Shown: one piece after another, positions 37,501 through 51,129 of the stretch
Layout: each line of letters begins with the position of its first letter
Position numbering within the stretch: the first letter of the stretch is position 1
From: Marsupella aquatica
Lineage: Eukaryota > Plantae > Marchantiophyta
Assembly: GCA_973895155.1 (NCBI GenBank)
Contig: OZ316895.1
Coordinates: 4,327,659 to 4,391,658, forward strand
Direction: 5' to 3'
DNA: 64,000 bases
Notes under the pieces: model-generated
The model's database searches: none
What the model was told of the DNA's origin: nothing
What the model saw: only the letters and a program-made list of their open reading frames with translations
Program-made: the position numbers and the translations under genes

Positions 37501-39582
37501 GAGACTGCTATGTATTAATTTTTCAGCTAGATGGCCGCACAGTAAAGTTTCGTTCAAGTGCACGGTTGCGTTATTGGGATGGAGTCTTCGAAATCTTTCG
37601 AGGCAATCGAAGAAGATTGTCAAGTTCGTGCCGCAGAATACCATTCAAGTTCCTGCTATATAAGTCCCTGGCTGCTCTGTCGAAGTGAAGCAGATTTGCA
37701 TTCTCGGTCAAGGGATCAAACAGCCGTCGGGTATGATTTTGATCCGCCAAGCACTGTCGGTGTTCACTTGAATGTTGTTTCTTGTCTACCAAAATCATGT
37801 CGCAGAATAAACACTGCAAAAAAATAAATCATAGACCGAGAACACACCAATATTGGTGGCTTCACAGGACTTCATGGGCACTCGTGACTTTGTTTGCCAA
37901 ACCAAACTAGAGTCAGTTCCTGTACTCCAGACCAAAATGAACTTCAAATATCTGTTCAATGAAGGAGCCAAAAAATATATTTAAATTGGATCACATACGG
38001 AGGTGGTCTAAATGTTTTGGCTTGCCAGGTAAGATAGGAAGGCATCACAACTAATATTATAAGTTTCTACAGCATATGCTTCTGTACTGATTCCACCGAA
38101 TCCAGGAGTCTACATGCCCAATCTTTTTAACAAAAGCAGGTCAATTAAAATCAATTTTAGAAAGTCTTCGGGATTCATCGCCCCAGCACTTGCCATGATC
38201 ACCAGGCGGGTCGTCAGTATACCCCAGAATAACAATTGACCTGTATGCATGACCAAGCAGACTTCCAACAGACTGAAGTTGACCTAAAATGGCAAACATC
38301 ATGACCTTTCTTCGCTTTACTAGAAAAAGTCCTTCCATGATAATTTGATTCGGCAGTGAGAAAGTGTAAATTTATTTGAAGTGCTATGCATTGGGTGTAC
38401 TATGGCGTTCATGTTAGAGGCCTTAGTATTGGGTGGACCGAGCTTTCCCATGACATACATGTCTGAACTCCTGCTTGTCGCCAGCTTATGATATCCTTTA
38501 TGGTTTTGGGTGCATATTTATCAAGATAGGTTTAGTATGATTGGACAACCCTCGAACGAACATTTCGTACCAGCGTTCAACTGTACTGTGTATGAATTAC
38601 AGTCGATAGTGCTGCAGATCTCATTCAGCGAACAAGGTAATTGAGTTTATCCATTTTACAATTGGTTTCGTTGATGATTTGTTTAAGATTCAGTCACCTG
38701 CACTTGAATTACCTGTGCAGACGGTAAAAGGCAACAGCTCACTGAAATCGGTTCATATGTTCGATTCACATTATTGATGCGTAGATTGTTTGTCATGTGT
38801 AATTCACTTTTATTTTTTGATGTTTTTCGCGGTCAGAAGTTTACTTGTCAAAGCGACGCAATTGCCGCTGTTACAGTGTATCTTTAATTCAAGATTTGTA
38901 ATTAAATTCAAAATGGCTGGTTTTGGTGTAGAACATGACATTTCCTTCCTGCCTATCAAGTTTAAGAGATCCGAATCTAAACGCTCAATCTCTCTATGTA
39001 CAGAATCTGTGCCGAATTTTCCTATACCCGGCTATGAACACTGATTTTCTTATCTACCTGAAAAGGCAAGCATGCTAGCTATGTGAAAACTAGTTTACAC
39101 GACTAATTGATTTAATCTGTTATCTGTCAACTAAAAGCAGGAGCCATTTCATGCTGAAAATATCTGATACTGAAACAGAGCACAAAATTGTATCAAGTCG
39201 AACTGCCAACGTTACTCTGACTTGTATAAGAATCAAATCCCAAATCTTGATTTGAAAACTGATATATCCGATTGAATGATGACAATGTACAAAATCAAAT
39301 GTACAAGTTCACATCTCATCACACTATCGTGTACTCTACCGACAAGCAGGAGGTACTGTAGACGTTGAACTAAGGGTTTGAAATTATGAGCCAGGTTTCT
39401 TTGGGAATTTCCTGACTACGATTGCTTCTTCCCTCATCACTGGATTGTTCAGGTTTCTATGAATGCTATACGTATGTCCATCTTTCATTCAAATTGACAC
39501 TTGAGCTAACATGTCTACACCGTTCAATAAGTATCATCCTCCGTGCAATATCTACAACTCGCTCACACTTTCAAAGCTACAT

Positions 39583-42474
39583 TTAAGCCACCATGGTGTA
39601 TGGCTCGGGGCTCTTCTTCTTCTTTTCCAAAGCTTGCTCGACTTTTGAAGCTAAGTTTGCGTCTGCTCTGCGGAACACTTCAATCTGACGGTTAATAATC
39701 ATTTCTTTTGCCCCCTGAATGTGTCCCGCGATATTTTCCGCAGTCGACTCTTGATCAGCCTCAGACATGTTCCGCCATAACATGCCTGGCTGGATGTAAT
39801 CGTCGTCTTCAACCCATCTTTTCGCTGGCTTCCTGGCAACTACTCCTCCCTCGTGCCTGCCCAATAATAAAACTCGAAAACATTAGAAATATATTTCATA
39901 AATCTATTCTCGGAGAATGAGATACTCAATTGTTGAATACTACTTTTCATCATGTTTGCATCAGCGAGAAATTTGCCATCGAATTAGTTTCACTTTTATC
40001 TACACACCTCAATAAAAACAATTGACTTTTCGAACCCATTGTCATAGTTGGGTGCACAAACGCCAACTCTCAATATCAACAATCTGAAATCACAATTTCA
40101 GAAATTTCGAATCATAAGTAGTTTATTGCAAAGAACATACTTGTAAGGAGTGATGTCCTTTTGGTTTGGATCTGGCTGAGGCAAGTCTGAAAAGGAGTTC
40201 GGGTAGTAATTTGGCTTGCCTCCACCATTTTCACCCATCACCATGGATCCATCCCGAGAATATGTCTGGACCTTGGCGAACGGACATTGGTTGATCGGAA
40301 CCTGGGCAGAAACCACTTGTCAGCAAAAATCCAATCCATACTCAACCTTGGCTAGAAATAAAGCTGCAGCATAGCACACCACAATGAAGTTTTGGAAAGA
40401 ATCGGCATGATTTCAATTGGCCTACGCAATGAAATCTTGGTACGTGATTTTCACCTGCAGATAGTTGCTTCCGACTCTGTATCGGGCAGCGTCATCATAA
40501 GAAAACAACCTCGATTGAAGCACTCGGTCAGGAGAAGGTTCAATCCCTGGAGGCATGTGTGCTGGTGAGAAAGCTGATTGCTCAACTTCAGCGAAATAAT
40601 TGTTGACGTTGCGATTAAGCACCATCTTCCCAACCTCTCGGAGTGGATAATCTTTATGCAACCATACTTTCGTCAGATCGAAAGGGTCGAATTTATAATT
40701 GTAAGCATCCTCCAACGGCATCACTTGAACAAAGAACGTCCACGATGGGAAGTTTCCCTTTTCAATGTTCTGGAAAAGATCTTCGGTGGAGTAATCTGGG
40801 TTGATTCCAGCAATTTTCATTCCTTCTTCATGGGTCAAGTTCTTGATGCCTTGATCAGTCAAGAAGTGAAATTTTACCCAGTTAGCTTTTCCCTCTCCGT
40901 TAACCCACTTAAATGTGTGTGACCCATAACCATTCATGTGACGATGACCGTCAGGAACTCCTCTGGGTGAGAACGTGATTAAAACCTGGCAGAAAGAAGC
41001 CATGTTAGAAATTGCTAAACATCTACCTACAAAATAACAGAACATAGTTACAAACATTGCGGAAGCTGACTAAAAATCTACCCAAAAACACAATGAGAGT
41101 ACACTCTACCTATGATGGATGTACAGACTGCGTGAAGAGGGAAAAACTATATCATGCAATATCAGAGAGTAACATTTACGCTGCTGGAGAAACGGCGCGA
41201 AATGTACCTGATGAAGGGATTCTGGAACCAAGCTCAAGAAGTCCCAGAAAGCATTGGGATCCTTCATGTGAGTTCGAGGATTTCTCTTCTGAGAATGAAT
41301 CAAATCAGGGAACTTGAGAGGATCGCGCACGAAGAAGACAGGTGTGTTGTTTCCAACCATGTCCCAGTTGCCTTCCTCCGTATAGAATTTCACGGAGAAA
41401 CCTCGAGGGTCACGAGCAGTGTCTGCATAACCTTGCTCTCCAGTTACCGTCGAGAACCGTGAAAAGATAGGCGTCTTCTTCCCAACCTCACTTAGGAATT
41501 TCGCCTTACATAAATCCGTAACATCCCTGAAAGCACCGGAAACTCACTCGTCTTAAAAATTTGCCAAACACAATCAGCAAAACAGTCACCCATGGGCTAG
41601 GTGCAAGGAGAAACTCTCAATCATTAAGAAACGAAAGTACACGAGTGTGCCTACAGGTGTAGCTTCATACTTAGTAACTTCGAAGTAACCGTGAGCGCCG
41701 GCTCCCTTTGCATGTACCACACGCTCAGGAACACGCTCCCTGTTAAAGTGCGCTTGCTTCTCCAGCTGGTGATAGTCTTCAAGAGTGATAGTTCCACTCT
41801 CACCAATGGTCAAACTGAATTACAAACCGAACGTACTTGTCAGATATACTAATCCTCAATCACACATGCAAGTCTTAAACATGTTGCATAACACTAGGTA
41901 AGTATTCTCTGCACAATCACAATCGCCATCACACATTTATCCGAGCCAAAAACGGAGCTGGTACTTGAAGCGTATGCAATCATAAGCATATTCGTTACAG
42001 TCGAATTACCAATCTAGCTCCAGTGATGAGGCTAGAATTAAGCTGCTGTCATAAATACTTATGCATTACAGGAAACTCGCATGCATTCAAAATAATAGTT
42101 CCAGATAAGACACCAAAGCGCTTCTCTAACCATTATCAGATCCTGAACACCAACCTGTTATTGTCGTCAGTGACGGGATGGCCACCAAGAGTTGTGTACA
42201 GCGGCTTGCCAGTAGAACCGAGCCGAGGCTCGCTTCCACCGGTCTGCGCTTTACCATTGCCATTCATATCGCCACGAAGTGATTCGTACAACGTCGGCGC
42301 CATTGCTGTAGGTGCAGTCGAACGCAAGTTCACAGCCAATGCAGTTCCCTTGAACGCAGATGTGCAACCTGGACACGTCGTTCGCCTCTGTTGTTGGGAA
42401 GCAGCAGGAAGAAGAGCTGTTTTAGCTGTGGATGAGAGTGTAGGTGCCAATTGCGCAGCTCCGTGGAGTGCCAT
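39583..42474 (-). CDS. CAT: Monofunctional heme catalase (clade-3-like) with N-terminal transit-peptide-like extension, 6 exons
   Basis: Exons 42474-42155, 41814-41671, 41526-41208, 40985-40455, 40301-40141 and 39856-39583, all GT-AG and phase-compatible. Active site [17 protein letters not shown], plus [25 protein letters not shown] and heme ligand RLFSYDDA. Confidence 0.95.
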
Positions 42475-42889
42475 GGGTTATAACTGTGTGTCGATCGGGA
42501 CTGCCAGCTGAATCACTGCCGATGAACACTGATGTGGAGCTTCCACCGCACAACACAGAAGAAGTGCTGAAGTCAGTTTTGCAATTCCGATACTTTTGCG
42601 ATTTCTGCCACAGCTTTCGCTTCAAATCACCTGGCCTCCGAAATTTCCTTCCCAGAACTTTTGTGGGCCCATGCCGAAAGCTCATGCGCGAGGGTGCGCA
42701 ATGCCGAGACACTTGTAATACACAAGGCAGTGCTCGTCGTGGCCCAAGCAGTTTTCAACGTCTGCGCCCCTCGTCTGCGTGGAATTGCCACGCCATGCAG
42801 ACAGCTGCGTGGACACCTCGATGTTGCTCGATCAGTTCTGCTGCACGAATTTGGTCCAGGCGTTCCATCCCAGCATTCCACCCAGTTGG

Positions 42890-43279
42890 AAGATGAATTA
42901 GGGCAATAATAGGGCGTCTCAAATCTAAGATGAATTAGGGTAATAATAGGGAGTCAAACATTCAAGATGAATTAGGGTAATAGTAGGGAGTCTCAAACCT
43001 TCAGGTCAGCAGACAACTTGTCCCTTCTGCAGTCATTAGTGTGCGTACTAGCATGTTTATGCCTGCCACTTTTTTTTCCTTGAGTACGCCCTTGAGTTCG
43101 GCTCGAGGGAAAACTAAGAAGATTATGATGTCCTATTGACACTCTAATATGGTGTGTCAGAGATTTTAAGGCTGCTGAAAAATCCCTTGGCTCAAAAGGT
43201 ACCAGTTTATGTTTGCTGTGAGAAGTGTGTCTCAAACCTCTCAGTTTTGCCTCCTATTGCAATCAAGGTAGACACCCTA
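42890..43279. mobile_element. MITE-like element with TAGGG(A/T)GTCT termini, plus 3x AAGATGAATTAGGG repeats, in the catalase upstream region
   Basis: TAGGGAGTCTCAAACCTTCAGGTC at 42984 is identical to 62045. Inverted end AGACACCCTA at 43270-43279. No TSD seen. Confidence 0.45.
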
Positions 43280-43724
43280 ATTGTTTCTGTTTTTTAAGGA
43301 TCGCCACTGGTCACAATATTTCCCACACGCTACTGGATAGGTTAGTGTGAGTGACAGCAGTGTTGGTAACTAAGTGGCAATTGTCACACGGAAAAATACC
43401 CCACGCTTTGCACTACCCAACCATGTCAAAAAGCCCGACTTTGGTGGGAGCAACCGGTACCACAGTTTGAGCTAGCATGCTCACAATCGGGAGTGAGACA
43501 GCGCACCCCACTGTGGAGAAACTTCTCGTATTCCCCAAGAGTGGAAAATTACTAATCTGCCTTCAAAACTAATATAATTCTCAGGTTGCCTCCATTGGTA
43601 TATGTGTTACCCTGAGATCCCCTCCAGAGGGCAAACGATTGGTTGATGGACACATGGAGGCTCGTGTTGAGTAAATTACCTCTACTCATAAGGCAGCATG
43701 CACATGTGCAACATCCAACAAACG

Positions 43725-43850
43725 CACTAGTCCTTGACACAAGAGATACGTGATTCATCTCACTGGACTCTACATCCATGAGAACACACACGAGCGCTTT
43801 ACTCAACCATAAGACAATTTGCCATACTCAATCTACACACACTAAACAGG
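43725..43850. mobile_element. Decayed fragment of the same LTR family
   Basis: GACACAAGAGATACGTGATTCATC..CATCCATGAGAACACACACGAGCGCTTTACT resembles 350-425. Confidence 0.55.
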
Positions 43851-44521
43851 ATTGTAATTGATGGTATCATTATTGTTTAAAGTGAGCTATGGCTTACTTG
43901 TTGGCTCACTTGTTTTTTTTGTTTTTTTTAATTGTTTTTTTCTTCCAAAGGGGCAAATGCCCAAAATCTTTATTCCGATCTTGTTAGAACCCAGATGCAA
44001 GCATAGTAAGTGTAGGTACTATTTCGTTTCTCCTTTAGCGTTGCAAGGCTTGGCATTTCTTAACTCAGCCAGGTTTCAGCTACGTGAAGTACTCGTATAA
44101 GCAGTCAGGGGGGAAAACCTTTTCAGTAGTCCAGCTTTCTCTCTCGCTAAAACCACATGCTCCTGAATGCTCTGGGTTAGCCATAGTCCTCATTTCACAT
44201 CTAGTTCAATCCTCTGTAACCCATAGCACTCGTTTCACATATGGTACAATCGCTTGTGTGGGTCAAAGAGTATGTTATCATTTTTGAAATTTTTGGGTAT
44301 CAGTGTCATTTCCTTCATTATGACCAAGGGGATCTACGATAAAAAGATTTAGGTCTACTGTAGATCTATGTTGCACAAAAAAAGCAAATTTAAAAATTAG
44401 TTAATGTTTTGTAAGAACTCGTCCAAAAAACGATTTAGGGTAAAGGGAACTATGACAGGAAGGGAGCGGGTCAGCCTGCAGTGCACGTTGACTGTTCACT
44501 TATCCAAATGACCCTTTGGTA

Positions 44522-44706
44522 CAGGCCCCTTTTATAATGGCAACTGTGGTTTTAAAGTAGCCAAGTGGGAGCATCCTGACATCAGTTTTTTATTAGTATC
44601 GTTTGCATAAAGCCTTTGAGCAGGGCCCTTTTATAATGCTAGCTGTGGTTTTGGAGGTGCCAAGTGGGAGCATCCTAGCATCGGTTTTTTATCAGTATGG
44701 TTTGCA
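44522..44706. repeat. ~99-bp direct duplication
   Basis: GGCCC.TTTTATAATG..CTGTGGTTTT..GCCAAGTGGGAGCATCCT..CATC.GTTTTTTAT.AGTAT.GTTTGCA occurs twice. Confidence 0.8.
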
Positions 44707-44954
44707 GTCAATCATGCAGATGCCACCTGGCTAGCTGGCAATGATTTTGCTGGGTGGATGGGTTGATGGAAGAGGATAGAGATCCGCCCATGGACTTCAT
44801 AACAACTCATTGTCACCGGTCTCGAAAGGGATGGCAACAACTGCACCTGATATGCAAGAGAACACGTATACGTCCCAGCCAAACTTGGACAAATCCTGGG
44901 AAAGAGAAAGAAAACAGAGAAGAAACAGGCCTTAACCCAGAACATAGGATCGTT

Positions 44955-45072
44955 CAAAAGAGAACATATCCAACTCAATCACAACAATCACTGACAGCAA
45001 ATAGTCAAAATACCAAAGAGAACATATCCAACTCAATCACAACAATCACTGACAGCAAATAGTCAAAATACC
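44955..45072. repeat. Perfect ~58-bp tandem duplication
   Basis: AAAGAGAACATATCCAACTCAATCACAACAATCACTGACAGCAAATAGTCAAAATACC x2. Confidence 0.9.
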
Positions 45073-45741
45073 TCCCCTCAAGTTCTACAGACGGAAGGGG
45101 CCAAAGGTAAGAGAAAAATTTAAGGCTCTCGTTAATAGTCTTATTTGGATCCCCCATCAAGATATCTTTTTCAGCAGCTCTTTGTCACTAGCTTTTCTCC
45201 TTGTCAGTGTAGCACTATTAAATAACTGCACTGTTGGAGTAGTGTGTCACCTGGAGCGAGCTTGTCATTTTGTGAGTCGTGGTAATTATGCAGGCCTTTC
45301 TTTCTATCGAGAGGGATTTTTTTAACGGAAGGACGTAGCCCACAGGGCTTGCATTAACGGAAACACAGCCAAAAACCTCATGCAGGGGACGGGGGGAGGG
45401 GAGGGGGGGAAAACAATTGCTTGGAAGTATTTACAGCTCAGGAACGGCATTTCTGGGCCAAAATGACTTCCACAAATGAGAAAAAATGCTTTCATTTCAC
45501 AAGATAAACTTCAAAATATGTAAGATTTTTCTTCTCTTTGTAAAATACAGCCCGTCCCTCCTACCTAGGTCAATTGCTCTTCCGTCAACAGACCAAATAT
45601 ACACTACATCCTGCCAAACTGCAGTATTCTGAAACTGGGTGAAATGTATCTTAAACCATCTTTCTTCAATATGGACTGGGAGAAATCCTGTTGAACGTTC
45701 CCAAGGCATGGAGACATGGTCAACAAAGGAACCACATGTGC

Positions 45742-48444
45742 TCAATTGCCTTTCTTTCTGGAGCTCTGCTTTGAAACTGGGTTTGACTCCGGATTGGACG
45801 ACTCTGATTCTGGCTCTGGTTCTGGTTCAGACGTAATAGGAGAGATTGAGCCGAATGTATCCTTGACACCACTTGCAAGATTAGCGAAGCCCTCTTTCAC
45901 CTTGTCCACAAAGGAGGTGAGTTCTCCTTCAGGAGGAATCTGAGCCAATAAAAGAACAGAACAAAAGTGACAATCAGGAGGAAGCTAGGATAGAAACCCG
46001 TTAACAAATTGATCAACATGGCTTCGGAAGAGTACAAATTCTCTGCAAATTTGACTGAGCATAAAAGGTTCTTAAAAGGTATATGCCCTGATTACTGGTT
46101 CAAAGCAACAGCCAGACATACAAAACAATTACCTAAGCTTCAACTAAACAACCTAAGAAAGATCACAATAGGGCTCACCTCAATGACATCTGATGATGTA
46201 AGCGCTGATCTGGGGTTCTTCTTATCCTGGGCGACGAAAAACCCCAAGGGGCTGAGTATTATTTTCTGACAGATATAAAACAAGGCCAAGCAACACCACT
46301 ATGCGACTGCTGCATACCGTCTAGAATACATAACAAATCTAAACTCGAAATCAAGAACAAAAATTAATCGAGGATGTTCCGAACATATGGTTCCATAGCT
46401 TTTGCTTCATGGCGCACGGACGAGAGAGACAGATTGCTCACAACAATTTTGTAGCCATATCGGAATCCAGATGCTGACTTCAGCACAGGGTAAGTTTTCA
46501 AAGCTGTCTGCCTGACGGACCTCTCATCCTGTAGCCAAAAGCCAACGAGAACTTCCTTGAGCAAGTAGGGCAGGAAGTTTACTCACTCCAGAAAATATAA
46601 TAACATCATCAGACTCCCATTTTATTGAAGATGCCAGGTTCATTGAAGAAGAGGTAAGACCAGGGAGTGCTTCATAATATAGCGGGGTTGGGAATCTGGC
46701 GAAACGTGTGGAGATAGGATGGGCATTGGTTTTCCATCACTACAGATTTGAAGAATGTAATAGACAGTTATATCCCATACAAAACTTAAGCGGCCTTCGG
46801 TACCGTATCAACATGATCAGTGTGACACACGCCATTAAACCCTAAATAACACATCCAAGAAGTATCGTTTACATTCTCCTGCATATCTTAAGAAAAGAAA
46901 AAACTGAAGCACGGATTGTCTGTTAAGTGCTTAAAGGTGTCGTCAAGGTATTCGAGTTTTAAGTTTATATGAAGCTTGCAGCCGACCACGTTGGTGGAAA
47001 ATTTGCAAAAGAGGATTAAGATCAAACTGCTGTCTGAGACCCACGATGATAGATGTAGGCCCATGGCTGCTCCTTCAACATTGCAAGCTTAAAACAGAGA
47101 ACAATGGCGTACCTTATAAACAACAGAGGCCATATTTCGGGTGAGGGTGCCTCCGTAAAGCTTCTTTCCCCACTCGTTTTTCATCGCTGACAACATTATT
47201 TTTGCTGTGGTCCCTCCTGAGACAATGCTGAGTGGATACCATCTCGGCACCTGTGACACAACAAGCACGTATAAGTTAACTGAACGGGCAGGACCCTACT
47301 GAGACGTGTACACTGGGGCGGCTTTTCTTATCTCCAATCCACGCGCTTCCCAGTGGAGAATGTACTTGCTGAATAGGATACCTCAATTCGCCAATCAGAA
47401 TCCTGGGTTTTAGATAAGCAAGTCATGAGATCATATGAATAGCTCCAGCGAATGAATAATGGGCAGGAGCACCATCCCGTCAACGCGACACACATTCTCA
47501 GAAATTCATTGCCAAAGAAAGATCCCACCCTGATAACTCAATGGGCAGGGAAGGTCAATGAGTCCACCAGGCTCGAGAAAACTACTGCAAATCACTCCTA
47601 AAACCTAGCAACAATTTTTCACCTCAACAACGATTGGGGTGGTGCTTGGTGACATAGGGTAAATAAATCACACAGTTCCACATGGCTGGCATTAAGGGTC
47701 AAATTTACAATGCCCTCATCCGAACCCTAGGATCCAGAAGAGAGCAATGATGAGCTCAGGAATCCTTTACTGACAAACAGAACGAAATTGAGTGATGTTG
47801 AGCTCCACTGAACCCAACAGGGTTGTAAGGCAGCCAGATTGTCTCAAGGGGAAGGAAAAAGAGAAAAAGAATACGAACAGAGAAGGTGGGAAGAACCCAG
47901 ACAGACAACGAGACGCGAGAGGTCAGAACCCGGGGAACGGAGGTGGGGACGACCGGAATTTGCAGTCCAGCGGGTCTCATTCTACACGGGACCAGCAATA
48001 CGCAACGACTTCCAAGAGCCATTGAAGGCACAAATCAGGGGAAGCGAGAACAAACGATTACGGAGAAGAACCCCAAAAACCCCAGCCTAAAATTCTGATG
48101 AAGCAAGACGGATAACTCACATTCATGGTCCGGATGAAGATAACAAATTTGGGATTGTCATCGGCGTCGAAATTCGGGAGTTGCGGGGTGGGGCTCGCTC
48201 GGGTATTGCCCGGCATGCCAGGCATCGTCCCCTTCCTCCCCTTGGCTTGAACCAGCACCACTCCGCGTCTCCCATGCCCTTGCCCTTGCCCTTGTCCACC
48301 ATTCACCCGCCTCACACTGACAAACGCTAATGCTGGCTTGCTGCTGTTGCTGCTGCTACATCCGGACCGGAATGACGTTCTCGCCGCTCCATAGCTCGAC
48401 GAACATCCGGCCTGCGCACTCCTCAGACTGCAGATGACCTCCAT
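45742..48444 (-). CDS. HHL1: HYPERSENSITIVE TO HIGH LIGHT 1 (chloroplast PSII repair/protection protein), 5 exons
   Basis: Exons 48444-48121, 47250-47113, 46528-46442, 46226-46179 and 45939-45742. The spliced protein has a Ser/Arg-rich transit peptide, then DDNPKFVIFIR..VPRWYPLSIVSGGTTAKIM..LTRNMASVVYKDE..FRYGYKIV..SALTSSDVIE..VDKVK, matching HHL1 as I recall it. Confidence 0.9.
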
Positions 48445-48687
48445 TTCTCGTCTCTGTCTCCTCCTCCTCAAATCTCCACCTCAACCTCCAGTTTGCAACC
48501 CCTCGCCTGAAATCCCTCCTTCGCCGCGGTCTCGCTTTCTCGAGGCCTTGTTCTGTCTGTCATTCAAAATTCGCAGGGCCACGTTCAGAGGATGCTCACC
48601 ATCACTGAATTTTTGCCCGAGCTCTTCGTGTTCTTTTCTCTGGCGATGGACAGATTTGCGCACTGTAGATCGGATAAACAATGGGGT

Positions 48688-49685
48688 GAGCCTTTTCGTG
48701 GAATGGAAGTGGAAGCTCGGATGTCTACAAAATGTTTCACAATATACTTGGATGGACGCATACACTTCACAATGTGGGGGTCTCAAACCCCACAGTTACA
48801 ATTTGATTTGATGGAGTTTAAATTAGTAGTTAGGGTTAACGAGCCTTTCGTGGAATGGAATACAAATTGTTTGACAGTAAACTTACTTAGATGGACGCAT
48901 ACACTTGACTATAGGGGGTGTCAAACCTCACAATTTGATGGAGTTTAAGTTAGTAGTGTAGTTAATGTTACTGAGCCTTTCGTGGAATGGAAGTGGAAGC
49001 TGGGATGTTCACAAATGTTTCACAATATACTTTGGATGGACGCATACACTTCACAACAAGGGGCTCTCAAAGCTCACAAATTTGATTTGATGGAGTTTAA
49101 ATTAGAGTTAGGGTTAACGTCGAGCCTTTCGTGGAATGGAATACAAATTGTTTGACAGTAAACTTACTTGAATGGATGCCTACACTTTACAATAGGGGGT
49201 GTCAAACCTCACAATTTGATGGAGTTTAAATTAGTAGTAAAGGTTACTGAGCCTTTTGTGGAATGGAAGTGGAAGCTGGGATGTATACAAATATGTTTGA
49301 CAATATACTTGGATGGACGTATACACTTTCACAATAGGGGGTTCTCAAACCTCACAATTACAATTTGATTTGATGGAGTTCAAATTAGTAGTTAGGGTTA
49401 ACAAGCCTTTCGTGGAATGGAATACAAATTGTTTGACAGTAAACTTACTTAGATGGAAGCATACACTTGACAATACGAGGTATCAAACCTCAAAATTTGA
49501 TGGAGTTTAAGTTAGTAGTTAAGGTTACTGAGGGCCCTTTTGTAGAATGGAAGTGGAAGCTGGGATGTATACAAATTGTTGGACAATATACTTAAATGGA
49601 TGCGTACACTTCACAATAGGGGGGTCTCAAAACTCACAATTTGATGGAGACTGTTTAACTTAGTACTTAAGGTTACAGAGCCTTT
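48688..49685. repeat. Tandem array of alternating ~150/~130-bp subunits (~280-bp higher-order unit) directly upstream of HHL1
   Basis: GAGCCTTT(C/T)GTGGAATGGAA-type starts recur at ~48688, 48841, 48973, 49122, 49249, 49403 and 49535, alternating between GTGGAAGCT and TACAAATTG variants. Confidence 0.9.
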
Positions 49686-51129
49686 TGGTGGCTTTTGGGT
49701 TTGTGTGTTCTATTATAAAAAAAATGAGCTCAGTAGCTGTGTGTTGCACAGAAGATGTTGTTTGTGGAAATTATATGGTTATGCAAAAGATTTGGTGATG
49801 TACACTATATCATTTGCGGAAAAAAATATGGTACTCAAACAAACTTGTTGTGTTGAAGGTGACATATCTTGAAAGATGCACTTGCATACTAAGATTTGTA
49901 CAAAAGAGGTTACAATGTACAGAGTGAAAGAAAAGCTTTTGTCAACACTTAGAAGTGAATACAATACACGCTCAGACTTTAGTTTTGGCCCCCCAACCCA
50001 CTACTATTTCATTGAAAAACATACATTCTTGGAAGTGTAGTCATTGCATGCTAGTACCAAGGGGAGGGGTGAGTACAGATGTGAGGACTTTGTACTTGCA
50101 TTGCATGGCACATGCAAGAACAGTTAACTCTTCCTAAGTGCACACTTGAGAAGACGGATGCAATGTGCACTAAACCCCCTAAAGTTTGCACTTATCAATA
50201 AATGGCCCCTTTGTCAGTGAGTAATCTCTTGACCTGTTTGATAAATTTTACATCCCAGCCCTAAATTTGATGTCCAACCCCATAAGTGCATGTTTTACTC
50301 TACTAAGAAAGGGTGTGTACTTGTCAATAAATGCAATCGAACTGGATTGTGTGATTACTGATAAGTGTACACCCTTTCTAAGTAAAGTACAAAATGCATT
50401 CATCAAAGGTTTTGCACTTTAAATTTGTTATTTAGCAAAATGATTTCAAGCCTGTTTGCGCTTAGGAAAGATGCAAAAAATGCAAACTCAGTGTAAAATA
50501 AAAGAGGAAGAGGATGCCGTGCTAAACTAATTTGTGCTATGATACAGCTGAGTGTACGTTGGGGCAAGGTCCAGGACAAAGAAGGACATTGGCCAAGGAT
50601 TTTAGTGGCAAGGACAAAAGGCCAAAGACTATACTTGCAAGGACACTGGGCCAGGGACTCTACTGGCAAGGACACGCGACAAATTGGTTAGGGAGTGTAC
50701 TTGCAAGTACAATGAAGAGGATCGAGAATTTTCTCCTCCCATCCTCGCTTCCCTATCCTCTTTGGCACGGCAAACACTGAAGTTTGTATGAGGACCAATC
50801 TTAAAAATGAATGGCCCTCTTATTATAGGTTTTGAAGCGCATGAGTCATCCATGGTTAAGGCATTCTACTCATAGTTTGATCACTTTTGTAGCTCACTTA
50901 TCAGCAGCACCGAGATTAAAGAGTATGAGGACAGAAATGTTTTGAGGCTTTGTGTAAGTGATGGTTGCAAGGAATTGAGCTTTGTTATGGACTCACAGTG
51001 CTGAGTTCAAATTCTGAGACTTTCTACAACACAGGGCTTTGTTCTTCCCTTCTACCGTGCTTTGATGAGGCACAATCTCAAAGAATACCTACTTTGTCCA
51101 TCTTTGATATTATTGAGTGTCTCCTATTA

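Noticed and set aside
38018-38036. U1 snRNA 5' end on the minus strand (TCTTACCTGGCA)
   Set aside because: Only the complement of a splice-donor-like CAGGTAAG. No U1 stem-loops or Sm site follow.
42023-42909. Several 80-160 aa plus-strand ORFs opposite catalase exon 1, and antisense ORFs over the RT and LACS regions
   Set aside because: Shadow ORFs of GC-rich coding or UTR sequence with no independent protein features.
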